A stretch of DNA of 62,302 bases, filler included, from Candidatus Woesearchaeota archaeon (GCA_018221205.1; 9 parts of 9 records of this genome joined end to end with filler, not necessarily neighbours in it), one strand, 5' to 3'. Counted from the whole stretch's first letter, positions 30,732 to 40,503 are shown. The notes: generated by a model not told the origin, from the letters alone. Numbers and translations: made by a program.

Positions 30732-31948
30732 AGTAAATCTATCCCTCTTACCTTTTCTTTAATGTATTCATCCTTTATAAAAGCTTTCATCAATCCATCA
30801 GGCTTTCTATACTGCCTTTTCTCTTTCGCATAGAGCGTTCCTTTCTTTTCATAGACATCCCGGTGCTTCTTCCTGAATTGTTTTGCATGATATTTCATCT
30901 TTGAAGGGGGGCCTGTGAAGATGGCCTCTTTGCTCAATATACCCGGCTTGACAACAAAATAGAGAAAAGCTTCTTTTGGCCATTCCCACTCTGCTGCTTT
31001 CAACGTAAAACCTTTGCTGACAATCTCTTTTTTCATGTGCTCAAATGCCTTGACGATCTTGCACCCTATGATATCCTTCTTCCCTTTCTTCGGCAGGACT
31101 TTGTATATATACAATGCTCCTTTCCGTTTCAGCATGTTTTTGTCGATCGGTTTTATCTCGAAGGAGCTTGTTGATGGCTTTTTCAGGAATGCTTTTGCGT
31201 AAGCGATGATATGATAGAATCTCTCCTCACTCACTGCAGCAGCAGCATTTCTCGAGGCCTGGACAGGATCGATCACCACTAAGGGCCCTCTTGTCTTTGC
31301 CTTGTCCAGTTCAAAGAGAAGCTTTTTTCCTTTATGATAGTTCTCGATATCGATGATGACTTTTGGCTTCCATCTCGAGATAGCCTTCATCACGTTCATG
31401 AAGCCCTTATAGTAGATAGTCAGGATCTCAGAGATATACCCAGAGAAGCCGTTGATATAGGACTCAGCACCATATACTTTCACAGCCTTGAAGAATTGCT
31501 TTGTCAGCCGTATCTCATCAACATATTTTTTATGCTTTCTCACCCATTTGGAATGCAGCGGACTGACATCAGTGATATTCTCTGCCTGCTCTGCTTTCTT
31601 GATATTTAAGATAGGGACAATCTCAAAGGTGAATCCATTCTGCGAGAACCGATAATAATCCCGTGAGCCATGCAGCCGTTCTACAGAAAAGCCTTTTTTC
31701 AATGCTTTGCCCAGAATATCGGCCAATGTAGCGCTTTTCTGCGAAGCAGGAAATCTCACAAAGATATCAGCATCATGCGCTGTCCTCAGCCAGGTGCCTT
31801 TCTGTCCTGATCCACCAAGTATGACTTTGGTCTGAGGAAGGAGTTTTTGCACTTTAGCGATGACTTTTTTTATTCTGTCAGCTACTTCTTTCTCTTCTTT
31901 CTTGCTCGGCTTTATTTCCTTCAGCACTTCTTGTAACAGGGCTTTCAT
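30728..31948 (-). CDS. cca: Archaeal (class I) CCA-adding enzyme
   Basis: GGS..KGTWL...DADIF, TDVSPLH, YGAESYINGFSGY, VIDPV...RNAAAAVS. Confidence 0.92.
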   Translation of the reverse strand: MKALLQEVLKEIKPSKKEEKEVADRIKKVIAKVQKLLPQTKVILGGSGQKGTWLRTAHDADIFVRFPASQKSATLADILGKALKKGFSVERLHGSRDYYRFSQNGFTFEIVPILNIKKAEQAENITDVSPLHSKWVRKHKKYVDEIRLTKQFFKAVKVYGAESYINGFSGYISEILTIYYKGFMNVMKAISRWKPKVIIDIENYHKGKKLLFELDKAKTRGPLVVIDPVQASRNAAAAVSEERFYHIIAYAKAFLKKPSTSSFEIKPIDKNMLKRKGALYIYKVLPKKGKKDIIGCKIVKAFEHMKKEIVSKGFTLKAAEWEWPKEAFLYFVVKPGILSKEAIFTGPPSKMKYHAKQFRKKHRDVYEKKGTLYAKEKRQYRKPDGLMKAFIKDEYIKEKVRGIDLL

Positions 31949-32011
31949 TATTCAAATGCGAGTTGAATTCTTTTAAAAACCTTTTTATAAGTCCCATATC
32001 TCCATAAAAGC

Positions 32012-32791
32012 ATGATAAGGTTAGGGCCGGCAGGAGTTTCTGGGATGGGTTATGAGGCAGGGTTGAACGAGATAGCCCGTCTAGGATTAAATGCACTAGA
32101 ACTATCTTTTACATATGGCGTCCGCATGCCTAATGAGCAGGCAAAAGAAGTCGGCAAGCAGGCAAAAAAATTAGGCATTGCCTTATCGATCCACGGCCCA
32201 TATTATATCAATCTCGCCTCTTTAGAGAAAGAGAAGATAACCGCTTCCATAAAACGGATCTTAGATAGCTGCGAACGCGCCCACCATATGGGTGCAAAGT
32301 ATGTGGTCTATCACTCTGGTTTCTTCCAGAAGCAGGATCCGAAGAAAGTTGCTGAGATCATCCAGGAGCAGACTGGCTTTATCATGGATAAGATCAAAGA
32401 GAACGGCTGGAAGACAACCATCGCTCCAGAATTGACAGGAAAGCCTTCTCAATTCGGCTCCATTCCAGAATTGATGGAACTGAGAAAGCAGACAGGCTGC
32501 CATATCACCATTGATTTCGCCCATCAATTAGCAAGGAACCAGGGCAAGATCGATTATGAGGAGATCTTTACCGAAATTAGATCCATGAATCATATCCATG
32601 CCCATTTCTCAGGAATTGTGTGGGGCCCGAAAGGAGAGAGGCACCATAAGATAACAGAAAAGAAAGATATTCTGCCGTTGGCAAAAGAAATCCTCAAAAG
32701 AAAAGCAGATATAACCATCATCAACGAATCTCCTTCTCCATTGAAGGATTCAGTCAAGACAAAGAAGGTCATTGATTCACTCAGTAGTTGA
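32012..32791 (+). CDS. Endonuclease IV-like TIM-barrel protein
   Basis: LGPAG, HGPYYINLAS, PELTGKPSQFGS, IDFAH, HAHFSG, ESP. Confidence 0.88.
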   Translation: MIRLGPAGVSGMGYEAGLNEIARLGLNALELSFTYGVRMPNEQAKEVGKQAKKLGIALSIHGPYYINLASLEKEKITASIKRILDSCERAHHMGAKYVVYHSGFFQKQDPKKVAEIIQEQTGFIMDKIKENGWKTTIAPELTGKPSQFGSIPELMELRKQTGCHITIDFAHQLARNQGKIDYEEIFTEIRSMNHIHAHFSGIVWGPKGERHHKITEKKDILPLAKEILKRKADITIINESPSPLKDSVKTKKVIDSLSS

Positions 32792-33116
32792 ACCTTCTCT
32801 CATACTTCTTATGATCTAACCATTCGAGGATAATGCTGATGACGATGATATCTACTGCTTCAACAGCATACAGAAGTCTCCAACCATTGGGTAGATTGTA
32901 CTTCCAGATGTTTTTGATATCATATTTTTTCTTGTAAATCTGAGGGATAAGCCGTTTTGGAAGATGAATGCCTACGAAAGCGTCTTCTTCGAGTGCCTCA
33001 AATGCATGAGTGATATGCTTGAATAGCTGCCGCTCGGAGTGGGTGCCCTTCTTGAGTTTGGAGAAAGAACTTTTGAGTTTCTCATCTGCGAACACTATCC
33101 TGCTTGGGTTCCTCAT
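32781..33116 (-). CDS. RelE/ParE-like toxin
   Basis: WKYNLPNGWRLLY...ILEWLDHKKYERRF; size and pattern of RelE-fold ribonucleases. Confidence 0.65.
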   Translation of the reverse strand: MRNPSRIVFADEKLKSSFSKLKKGTHSERQLFKHITHAFEALEEDAFVGIHLPKRLIPQIYKKKYDIKNIWKYNLPNGWRLLYAVEAVDIIVISIILEWLDHKKYERRFNY

Positions 33117-33179
33117 ACCAGAAGGGAATTTCTAACAGTTAATAGAGTGAAGTGAGAAAAATTCGAAAGATATTCGAAG

Positions 33180-33455
33180 TTATCGTTTCCAAACCAAATC
33201 CTTTCGCAGAAGGTATTTCTTTGCATGATCAGGGTAATGGATCCAACCGATCTTGCCTTCCGCGTCAACCGAGATTTTTCTCGATGCAAAAAGGTAATCG
33301 ATGATGACGCAGAAGGTCTGGTACATCATTTTTTTGGGAAGGTTCTGCCACAATGCCTTCTTTCTGAATTCGCCGTCATATCTTCTGATAGCCTCTTCCA
33401 CCATGAGCACAGTATCTAATCGAGGATAACGGAGAATTTTCTTATGTACTAACAT
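33180..33455 (-). CDS. Putative antitoxin / winged-helix DNA-binding protein
   Basis: PRLDTVLMVE...LPKKMMYQTF..IIDYL; lies upstream of the RelE-like gene; inverted repeat at its start. Confidence 0.55.
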   Translation of the reverse strand: MLVHKKILRYPRLDTVLMVEEAIRRYDGEFRKKALWQNLPKKMMYQTFCVIIDYLFASRKISVDAEGKIGWIHYPDHAKKYLLRKDLVWKR

Positions 33456-33457
33456 GG

Positions 33458-33473
33458 TATATCAGTTGATATA
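33458..33473. promoter_or_regulatory. Palindromic operator candidate TATATCA-GT-TGATATA
   Basis: Perfect 7-bp inverted repeat between the TATA box and the ATG of the putative antitoxin. Confidence 0.5.
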
Positions 33474-33573
33474 ACTAATCATATAAATAATTTTCGTTCT
33501 CAGAGGCTTTTCCTGAACCCGGCATTTATCAGGGAACCCCTTTTCCATACTCTAAAAGCCGAGAAAATTGTTT

Positions 33574-34164
33574 TTAAGTCTTTTCTTTAATCAATAAAAA
33601 GACCAATGCTACAAGAGAGCCAAGAAGGTTGAACACAAGGTCAAGGGCAGTGTTCACATATCCCCCTACCCCGGTATTAGGCACAACAATCGTGACAAAG
33701 AATTCGATGATCTCATTCAGCGCACCAGCACCTATCCCTGCCATGACAACGACGATGAACAGGGCAATCTTTCTTCCTGGATCAGGTATCAATGGCCTGA
33801 TGAGATAATACATAAGCATTGTTGCGACCGCAAAACCGACCAAATGGGCCAATTGGTCATATTTGAAGATCAGATAGGGCTCCCCTATCAAAGGGATGAC
33901 GATGATCTCATACAGACGTGTGCCACCGAAATATAGCCCGCCTCCAGCCATATGCATGATGCTCCAGATGGTCAGTCCCCATATCAATGGAGTGGGGTAG
34001 TCTACCTTATCATTCGTGAACAGGACCAGGAGCATCACGAGGATGATGACAACGATATACCAAAGGAACTCATAGTTTTGCCTGAAGATAAAGATAAAGG
34101 AAAATATCAACAAGGCTAGAGAATGCACAATAATGGCAGGCCATTGTCCTTTTTTAATGAGCAT
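33574..34164 (-). CDS. DUF2238-like membrane protein
   Basis: HMAGG, KYDQLAH, GAGALNEIIEF, YVNTALDLVFN. Confidence 0.7.
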   Translation of the reverse strand: MLIKKGQWPAIIVHSLALLIFSFIFIFRQNYEFLWYIVVIILVMLLVLFTNDKVDYPTPLIWGLTIWSIMHMAGGGLYFGGTRLYEIIVIPLIGEPYLIFKYDQLAHLVGFAVATMLMYYLIRPLIPDPGRKIALFIVVVMAGIGAGALNEIIEFFVTIVVPNTGVGGYVNTALDLVFNLLGSLVALVFLLIKEKT

Positions 34165-34200
34165 AATGCTTTTTTAGAATAAGTCTATATAAAGTTTTCT

Positions 34201-34518
34201 TCATCTCTGGACAAATTTCTGGTCATTATCGAGGCACTGCTTGGCCCTTATAAGCTCAGCAGCGATGTAGCCCATATGCTCCGGGGTCACCATCTTCCTC
34301 TTGGCGATCTCTTTGATGATGTTGTAGGCGTTCTTTCCCTTGAATTCTACCGTCATGGTATGCTTCTCCAGAAAGCCGCAAAGAATCAGGCCATCCTCTA
34401 TCTTTACCAAAAAATAACCCTTGGGATCCTCTTTCCACGGAAACGAGAGCTTGTCTGTCTCCACAATCTCCCTGTCTTCAGGAATCTCCATCTCGAAGAA
34501 ATGACCTTTTACTTTCAT
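34201..34518 (-). CDS. DUF4346 domain protein
   Basis: DPKGYFLV...EHMGYIAAELIRAK..L....FVQ. Confidence 0.75.
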   Translation of the reverse strand: MKVKGHFFEMEIPEDREIVETDKLSFPWKEDPKGYFLVKIEDGLILCGFLEKHTMTVEFKGKNAYNIIKEIAKRKMVTPEHMGYIAAELIRAKQCLDNDQKFVQR

Positions 34519-34769
34519 TTTATCCATATCCCCTTAAAGAATGGCAAACATAAAGTGGAGAGCACAAATGCCAAAGCAGGCACAAGGGAATTGATGAATG
34601 GTTGTGGCAACTCTGCAAAGAGGAAGAAGATCACGATGACGATATAGGTAAGGAGGAACAAAATGATTCGTCTTGCCCAGCTTGTTTCCCAGGCCTTATC
34701 GGCCTCAACTTTCTTGTTTCGTTCTTTTATCTTCTGGATCTCTTTTTCGAGCTGTTTGATTGAAGCCAT
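34515..34769 (-). CDS. Small membrane protein with N-terminal coiled coil
   Basis: ERNKKVEADKAWETSWARR followed by two TM helices. Confidence 0.7.
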   Translation of the reverse strand: MASIKQLEKEIQKIKERNKKVEADKAWETSWARRIILFLLTYIVIVIFFLFAELPQPFINSLVPALAFVLSTLCLPFFKGIWIK

Positions 34770-34841
34770 ACATCTATAATAGGGAGGCATTATAAAAACA
34801 TTTTGGCAAATATTTTAAAGAAGCCCAGATTACGGCAAATC

Positions 34842-35216
34842 ATGAAGAAGATCATCATAGACACCAATTTCCTCCTCATCCCTATAACCCAGGGAGTGGA
34901 CATCTTCTCTGAGTTTGATCGCATTATGGATGAGCCGTTCCAGCTCTTTGTCGTAGACAAGACCATAGAGGAGCTCAATACCATCATCCAGGATCAATCA
35001 GGAAAAGACAAGCAGGCTGCAGCGTTCGCCTTGCAGATCATCGAACAGCGGCCCCTTAATATAATAAAGACCGGGAAAGGGCATGCTGATGGGGAGATCC
35101 TTGCGTTGAAGGAATACATTGTCGCAACCCAGGATAAGGAATTGAAAGAAAAGCTCAGGCAGCAGGGCAGGAAAGTCATCTTCCTCAGACAGAAATCCCA
35201 TTTGAATATTCAGTAA
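34842..35216 (+). CDS. PIN-domain protein (Fcf1/Utp24-like)
   Basis: IIDTNFL, EL, AD, VATQD.ELK; canonical position upstream of rpoE1. Confidence 0.85.
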   Translation: MKKIIIDTNFLLIPITQGVDIFSEFDRIMDEPFQLFVVDKTIEELNTIIQDQSGKDKQAAAFALQIIEQRPLNIIKTGKGHADGEILALKEYIVATQDKELKEKLRQQGRKVIFLRQKSHLNIQ

Positions 35217-35267
35217 GCTTTATAAACCCCCCTCCTCCTCCAAGTTCCATCATTTAGAGGAAAGACT

Positions 35268-35873
35268 ATGTTTTACAAGACTGAATTACAAGATCATATA
35301 AGGGTTCCACCGAACTTGTTTGATGTTGCTGTAGAAGATGCAGTCATCCAGCGTGTCAAGAAGAAGTTCGAGGGATATATCTCAAAAGAGATCGGCATTG
35401 TCATCGATGTCTCTTCTGTATCAGAGATAGGAGAAGGCACAATCATTCCAGGAGACGGCGCTCCTTATTATAATGTCAAATTCGAGCTCTTGACCTATAA
35501 GCCAGAGATGCAGGAAGTTATCCTGGGCAAGATAAAGGATGTGGCTGATTTCGGCGCATTCATCAACTTAGGGCCTATCGACGGCATGATTCACGTCTCT
35601 CAGACCATGGATGATTTTGTCAGTTTCTCGAAAGAGAAGGTGTTGACAGGAAAAGAGTCCAAGAGGACATTGAAGGTCGGCGATAACTGCCGTGCAAGAG
35701 TGATTGCCGTCAGCTTCAAGGATCTGCAGAATCCGAAGCTCGGTTTAACCATGCGCCAGGAATATCTGGGCAAATTAGAATGGATTGACGAGAAGTACGC
35801 TCCTAAAGAAGAGAAGAAGCCGAAAGAAGAGAAGAAAGAGAAGAAAGAGAAGAAAAAGGGAAAGAAGAAATAA
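35268..35873 (+). CDS. rpoE1: DNA-directed RNA polymerase subunit E' (Rpo7)
   Basis: IRVPP, GTIIPGDGAPY, FGAFINLGPIDGMIHVSQ, KLGLTMRQ. Confidence 0.97.
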   Translation: MFYKTELQDHIRVPPNLFDVAVEDAVIQRVKKKFEGYISKEIGIVIDVSSVSEIGEGTIIPGDGAPYYNVKFELLTYKPEMQEVILGKIKDVADFGAFINLGPIDGMIHVSQTMDDFVSFSKEKVLTGKESKRTLKVGDNCRARVIAVSFKDLQNPKLGLTMRQEYLGKLEWIDEKYAPKEEKKPKEEKKEKKEKKKGKKK

Positions 35874-35874
35874 G

Positions 35875-36069
35875 ATGGTAAAGAAACTCGCATCAAAAAA
35901 GACAAAAGAACTTGTCTTAGAGACTATGATCAGGGAGAAAGGCTGGAAGAAGTCTGACTTTACCCCTACATGGCAAGGGCGGTTGAGTGTATTACAGACA
36001 GGCAAATCAAAGATTGCCGAGAGACTAGAGATCAAGACTGATGGAGAATATGCCATTAAGGTAAGGTGA
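35875..36069 (+). CDS. spt4: Spt4 (RpoE'') lacking the zinc-binding cysteines
   Basis: Synteny rpoE1-X-rps24e; C-terminus WQG......KSKIAERLEI...GEYAIKVR matches Spt4; no Cys. Confidence 0.82.
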   Translation: MVKKLASKKTKELVLETMIREKGWKKSDFTPTWQGRLSVLQTGKSKIAERLEIKTDGEYAIKVR

Positions 36070-36551
36070 GCTTCTTGAAGATAGACATTAACGAAAAAAA
36101 GGAAAATATTCTGTTGTCGAGATTTGAGATCCAGGGAGTGGTACATTTCGACAAAGCTACACCTTCCAGAGCAAATGTGCAAGAAGCGCTTTCAAAAGAA
36201 CTGAAAGTGGACAAAAGCCTCATTGTCATCAAGATCATCGATACTGCTTTCGGCGACAGGACCGCTAAAGTGACTGTTTACCAATATATCAGCAAGGAAG
36301 AGAGAGATAGACTAGAACCTCTGACTGTGAAAGCAGAGGCAGAGGCTGCCAAGAAAGATGCTGAAGCCAAGAAGAAAGCAGAGACTGAAGCTCCAAAAGA
36401 AGAGGCTCCAGCAGAGAAGAAGGAAGAGCCTAAAGAAGAAAAGAAAGAAGAGCCGAAGGAAGAGAAGAAAGAAGCTAAAGAAGAAGTAAAAGAAAAAAAG
36501 AAAGAAGACGCTCCTAAAGAAGAAAAAAAGAAAGAAGATAAGAAAGAGTGA
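36066..36551 (+). CDS. rps24e: 30S ribosomal protein S24e with long Glu/Lys-rich tail
   Basis: [20 protein letters not shown]; synteny. Confidence 0.92.
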   Translation: MSFLKIDINEKKENILLSRFEIQGVVHFDKATPSRANVQEALSKELKVDKSLIVIKIIDTAFGDRTAKVTVYQYISKEERDRLEPLTVKAEAEAAKKDAEAKKKAETEAPKEEAPAEKKEEPKEEKKEEPKEEKKEAKEEVKEKKKEDAPKEEKKKEDKKE

Positions 36552-36556
36552 TACTC

Positions 36557-36769
36557 ATGGCCAAAGAAAAAGCAAAAGCCGAAAAGAAGAAAAAACCGTT
36601 CCAGAGATTCAAGATGTATACTGTCTCTGGCGATAAAGTAGAGAGAAAGAACAAGACCTGCCCAAAATGCGGCACCGATTCATTCTTAGCAGCCCACAAA
36701 GACAGATTGTCCTGCGGCAAGTGTGGTTATGTTGAAAAAAAAGACAAGCCAGCTGAGAAGAAAGAGTAA
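36557..36769 (+). CDS. rps27ae: 30S ribosomal protein S27ae
   Basis: CPKCG...[16 protein letters not shown]. Confidence 0.95.
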   Translation: MAKEKAKAEKKKKPFQRFKMYTVSGDKVERKNKTCPKCGTDSFLAAHKDRLSCGKCGYVEKKDKPAEKKE

Positions 36770-36781
36770 TTATTTCTAAGA

Positions 36782-37504
36782 TTAATTCTGATTCCAGAGC
36801 AAAGAAAAGAATTTCATATATGATTTAGCTGCCAATTCTTCTTCGATTAAGAATCCAAAAGGATTATCTGTCCAGATTATGATGCCGACGCGATGGCCAC
36901 AAATGACTGTTTCTGTCAATTCCTCGAAGTTTTCTTTCGTCGCTTTGACTTCAGTAAGTTTTAATTTCATGAGTTCTTTGCCCCACCATTCGAGAGACTG
37001 ATGAAAAAGCAATTTTGCTTTGATACCTTTTTGCACCCTGTTTTTGTGGAATCTTTCCCAAAAGTGCATACCAAGGACCTCATCGCTTTTTTGGCCGCCC
37101 CCATAGCTTCGGTATTCTTTCACATGAGTATCGAGCATCATGTTCAGCAGTTCCTTTATTCCCCTTCCTCCTTGGAAGATGGCTGCTTGAGGTTTTTTCC
37201 TGGCAAGATCTCTTTTTGCCTCAAGCTCCGGAAGAATCTTCTGCAATTTCGCTTTCTTTTCATCTAGGAATTCTAGCAGCAGCTTTGGTTCGATAGCTTG
37301 GTAATGCTTTATCTTTCCCTCTAAAACATATGTAATTAAAGCCTTATTATGCAATGAGTGAAATGCCCTGTGGACAACCGCATTCTGCAAACCAGATTTC
37401 TCAACAATCAATCCAGCAGTTGATGATCCTAGTTCCAATAAAGTAAGGAATACTTTGATCTCTACCCCTGTCAATCCAATATCTTCCAATATAGAGGTAT
37501 CCAT
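36782..37504 (-). CDS. TrmB-family transcriptional regulator
   Basis: LEDIGLT..EIKVFLTLLELG wHTH; FQG..GIK effector domain. Confidence 0.88.
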   Translation of the reverse strand: MDTSILEDIGLTGVEIKVFLTLLELGSSTAGLIVEKSGLQNAVVHRAFHSLHNKALITYVLEGKIKHYQAIEPKLLLEFLDEKKAKLQKILPELEAKRDLARKKPQAAIFQGGRGIKELLNMMLDTHVKEYRSYGGGQKSDEVLGMHFWERFHKNRVQKGIKAKLLFHQSLEWWGKELMKLKLTEVKATKENFEELTETVICGHRVGIIIWTDNPFGFLIEEELAAKSYMKFFSLLWNQN

Positions 37505-37542
37505 AAGTGCAGGTTCTTTTTCTTTTATTTAATACTTTCTAC

Positions 37543-37564
37543 TATAATCACAATTGTGGTCATA
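37543..37564. promoter_or_regulatory. Palindromic operator candidate (core CACAATTGTG)
   Basis: Inverted repeat between the divergent TATA boxes of the TrmB gene and the ABC operon. Confidence 0.45.
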
Positions 37565-37629
37565 AATATTTAAGTAGTACCCCAATTATCACTATTAAAT
37601 GGTGGTTACACTAAAATAAGGAGGTAAGA

Positions 37630-38478
37630 ATGAAAAAGCAAAATTGGATTGTAGGATTAAGTGTTCTGGCAATTGTCCTGGCTGTCTTTAGTTTATTCAG
37701 GGCGCCAGAGGCAGGAATTGAAGAAGAGGACACGTTTGCTAAAATCATGAAGAATGATGAGCTGGCAGTGTGCTATATTCCTTGGCCGCCTTCAATAGTG
37801 AAGGATCCCAACACAGGCGAGCTTTCTGGTTTCTTGATTGATATTGTACAGGAAGTTGCGAATGAAGCTGAATTAAAGCTTAACTATGTAGAGTCAACAT
37901 GGGGAGGTTTCCCTGCTGATCTGAATACAGGAAGATGCGATGCAGCCATTGCAGGAATCTATCCTCTGATCGGAAGGTCAACAAGTGTCTCATTTACCAG
38001 ACCATTCTTCTTTGCAGGATCTGGTGCAGTGGTACGAGCAGATAACACCAAGATAAAGACTGTTGAAGATCTGAACAAGAAAGGAACAAAAGTAGCAGTT
38101 ATTCAGGGTGAATTTGGACAGATTTTCGCGAAAAAGTACTTACCGAAAGCTGAGTTAGTAGTATTGGAAAAAAGCTCAGATTTCACCATGCCTTTGGTTG
38201 CAGTCCTGAGCGGACAGGCAGATGCAGGATTCTCCCAGACCGATGTCATTAGTGCATTCACAAAGGAGAATCCTGGTATCAAGGACCTGTACAGAGGACA
38301 GCCATATGTTACCATACCAGTAACCTGGTCAGTAAGATCGAACGATCAGAGGCTCTTGAATTTCCTTGACAATTCCATAACCTATCTGAGGTTTACAGGA
38401 TTCCTTGAGAACAAAGCAAGGAAGTACAACCCAGAAGGATGGTTTCAAGTGGAGGACGAGTTTGAGCAGCTCTATTGA
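37630..38478 (+). CDS. Polar amino-acid ABC transporter substrate-binding protein
   Basis: N-terminal anchor; GFLIDI, L.TGRCD, R...VSFTRPF (family 3 SBP). Confidence 0.9.
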   Translation: MKKQNWIVGLSVLAIVLAVFSLFRAPEAGIEEEDTFAKIMKNDELAVCYIPWPPSIVKDPNTGELSGFLIDIVQEVANEAELKLNYVESTWGGFPADLNTGRCDAAIAGIYPLIGRSTSVSFTRPFFFAGSGAVVRADNTKIKTVEDLNKKGTKVAVIQGEFGQIFAKKYLPKAELVVLEKSSDFTMPLVAVLSGQADAGFSQTDVISAFTKENPGIKDLYRGQPYVTIPVTWSVRSNDQRLLNFLDNSITYLRFTGFLENKARKYNPEGWFQVEDEFEQLY

Positions 38479-38480
38479 AC

Positions 38481-39146
38481 ATGGTATCGTACAATTGGGA
38501 TTTCAGCGTAGTATGGATCAATAAGGTCGCATTACTGAAAGGATTATTGATTACTGCAGAGCTGACAATCCTCACTTTATTTTTTGGATTGATTCTTGGA
38601 ATGCTATTCTTCATACTCAAAGCATCAAGAATTCGTGCTGTAAGTTCGTTATTTGCGGGGATTATAGAGATATTCAGAGGATTGCCTTTACTCGTGCTCA
38701 TGATCTGGATATTTTACACGCTTCCTTCAATGATAGGATTGAACTTTTCACCATTTACAACAGCAGTTGTCGCACTTTCATTGAATCTAGGTGCATTCAG
38801 TGCAGAGATATTTCGTAGTGGATTTAACAGCATTCCTACAGGCCAGATCGAAGCAGCAAAGGTTGTAGGAATGAAAAGATTCCATATTTTGCGACACATT
38901 GTCTTTCCACAGGCGCTCAAAGTAATCATCCCTCCTTTAACAGGAAGATTCATTGAAACCATAAAACTCACTGCTCTTGCTTCAATGATTGCGGTGAACG
39001 AATTGCTTCATCAAGGCCAAAACCTCATCGCAGTGAGCTACCGGCCTCTGGAAGTATACACAGTTATTGCTTTCATGTATTTGATATTGATTATACCCTT
39101 ATCCCATTTCCTGAAAAAGATGGAGGCCCACCATGTTAGAGGTTAA
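38481..39146 (+). CDS. Polar amino-acid ABC transporter permease
   Basis: FRGLPLLV, AEIFRSG..SIPTGQIEAA (EAA motif), IVFPQAL. Confidence 0.93.
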   Translation: MVSYNWDFSVVWINKVALLKGLLITAELTILTLFFGLILGMLFFILKASRIRAVSSLFAGIIEIFRGLPLLVLMIWIFYTLPSMIGLNFSPFTTAVVALSLNLGAFSAEIFRSGFNSIPTGQIEAAKVVGMKRFHILRHIVFPQALKVIIPPLTGRFIETIKLTALASMIAVNELLHQGQNLIAVSYRPLEVYTVIAFMYLILIIPLSHFLKKMEAHHVRG

Positions 39147-39810
39147 CGGACTCATGAAATATTTTGGAGAAAAGAAGGTTTTTGCTAACGTGAGTTTTAG
39201 TCTCAAAAAAGGAGAGGTGCTGGTACTTGTAGGACCAAGCGGTTGCGGCAAAACTACTTTGCTCAGGTGCATAAAAGGATTAGAGCAGGCTACGAAAGGA
39301 AGCGTAACGTTCGAAGGAAGAAATGAAGAGATTGGTATGGTCTTTCAGGATTTCAACGTATGGAGTCATCTGACCGTACTGGAAAACCTCATGATCGCTC
39401 CCCAGATAGTGCAGAAACGCAAGAAAATGGAAGTGCACAAGAAAAGCTTTGCCGCACTTGAAAAAATCGGGCTGCTAGACAAACTTAATCACTACCCCCA
39501 TCAAATGAGCGGAGGACAGAAACAACGAGTTGCGATAGCACGCTCATTAGTGATGAATCCAAAACTCCTTTTGTTAGATGAAGTGACCTCTTCCCTGGAT
39601 CCTGAATTAGTGAATGGCATACAAGACACTATAAAGAACTTAGCTCAGGATGGCATGACTATGATTTTAGTAACACATAATCTTAAGTTCGCCAGAGAAG
39701 TAGGAGATAAATTCATCTTCCTTGATAAGGGAGAGAGCATTGAGCAAGGCGGAAAAGAAATTTTTGAAAATCCTAAAAACGAAAGAACAAAAGAATTCTT
39801 ACAGCAATAA
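39133..39810 (+). CDS. Polar amino-acid ABC transporter ATP-binding protein
   Basis: GPSGCGKT, MSGGQKQR, LLLDEVTSSLDPE, VTH. Confidence 0.95.
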   Translation: MLEVNGLMKYFGEKKVFANVSFSLKKGEVLVLVGPSGCGKTTLLRCIKGLEQATKGSVTFEGRNEEIGMVFQDFNVWSHLTVLENLMIAPQIVQKRKKMEVHKKSFAALEKIGLLDKLNHYPHQMSGGQKQRVAIARSLVMNPKLLLLDEVTSSLDPELVNGIQDTIKNLAQDGMTMILVTHNLKFAREVGDKFIFLDKGESIEQGGKEIFENPKNERTKEFLQQ

Positions 39811-40503
39811 CTACCACTCAATCCTACGTCGATCAGAAAAGAATCCACCTGATGGCCCTTTATCATGCAAAGTAGCCAGCCAGACGATAGTATCAGCGCC
39901 TTCAGCTGCTGATTTAGGGGCGTGCTTGCCGCCCATATCTGTCCGGCACCAGCCAGGAGAACAAGAGTTGACTTTGATATTATATTGTTCCAATTCATTT
40001 GCTAAAACATTCGTGACCATGTTCATGCCCGCTTTAGAGATGCGATAGCCGGGAAATCCGCTGAAAGCCGCACTTAATTGACCTGCACCAGAGGAGACAT
40101 TGACAATCCGACCATAATGATTGCTTTTCATCAGCGGTAAGAAAGCTTGAGCCACTCTCAAAGGAGCGATAGTATTCGTCTCCAATGTCTCTCTTACGAC
40201 ATCAGCACCCACCTCAGAGGCAGGAGTGAACTCATCGAGCATGATGCCTGCATTATTGATAAGGATATCCAGCTTTCCGAACTCATTGCGGACAAATTCA
40301 AAGCATTCTTTGACACTCTTATCGTCAGTGATGTCTAATGCACAATGGACAACATCCAATTTCTTATTTTGCAATGCTTCAGCAGCTTCTTTTCCTTTGG
40401 CAGCATCCCGTGCAGCAAGGATGATTGTATGTCCTTGCTCAGCTAACTGTTTGCATATCTCATAGCCGATTCCTCTATTGCCTCCTGTAACAAGTGCTAT
40501 CAT
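39811..40503 (-). CDS. SDR oxidoreductase (carbonyl reductase-like)
   Basis: TGGNRGIG, NNAG, YRISK, SPGWCRTDMGG. Confidence 0.93.
   Translation of the reverse strand: MIALVTGGNRGIGYEICKQLAEQGHTIILAARDAAKGKEAAEALQNKKLDVVHCALDITDDKSVKECFEFVRNEFGKLDILINNAGIMLDEFTPASEVGADVVRETLETNTIAPLRVAQAFLPLMKSNHYGRIVNVSSGAGQLSAAFSGFPGYRISKAGMNMVTNVLANELEQYNIKVNSCSPGWCRTDMGGKHAPKSAAEGADTIVWLATLHDKGPSGGFFSDRRRIEW

Noticed and set aside
36330..36551. Glu/Lys-rich tails on S24e and RpoE1 as novel domains
   Set aside because: Low-complexity extensions with no further structure visible.
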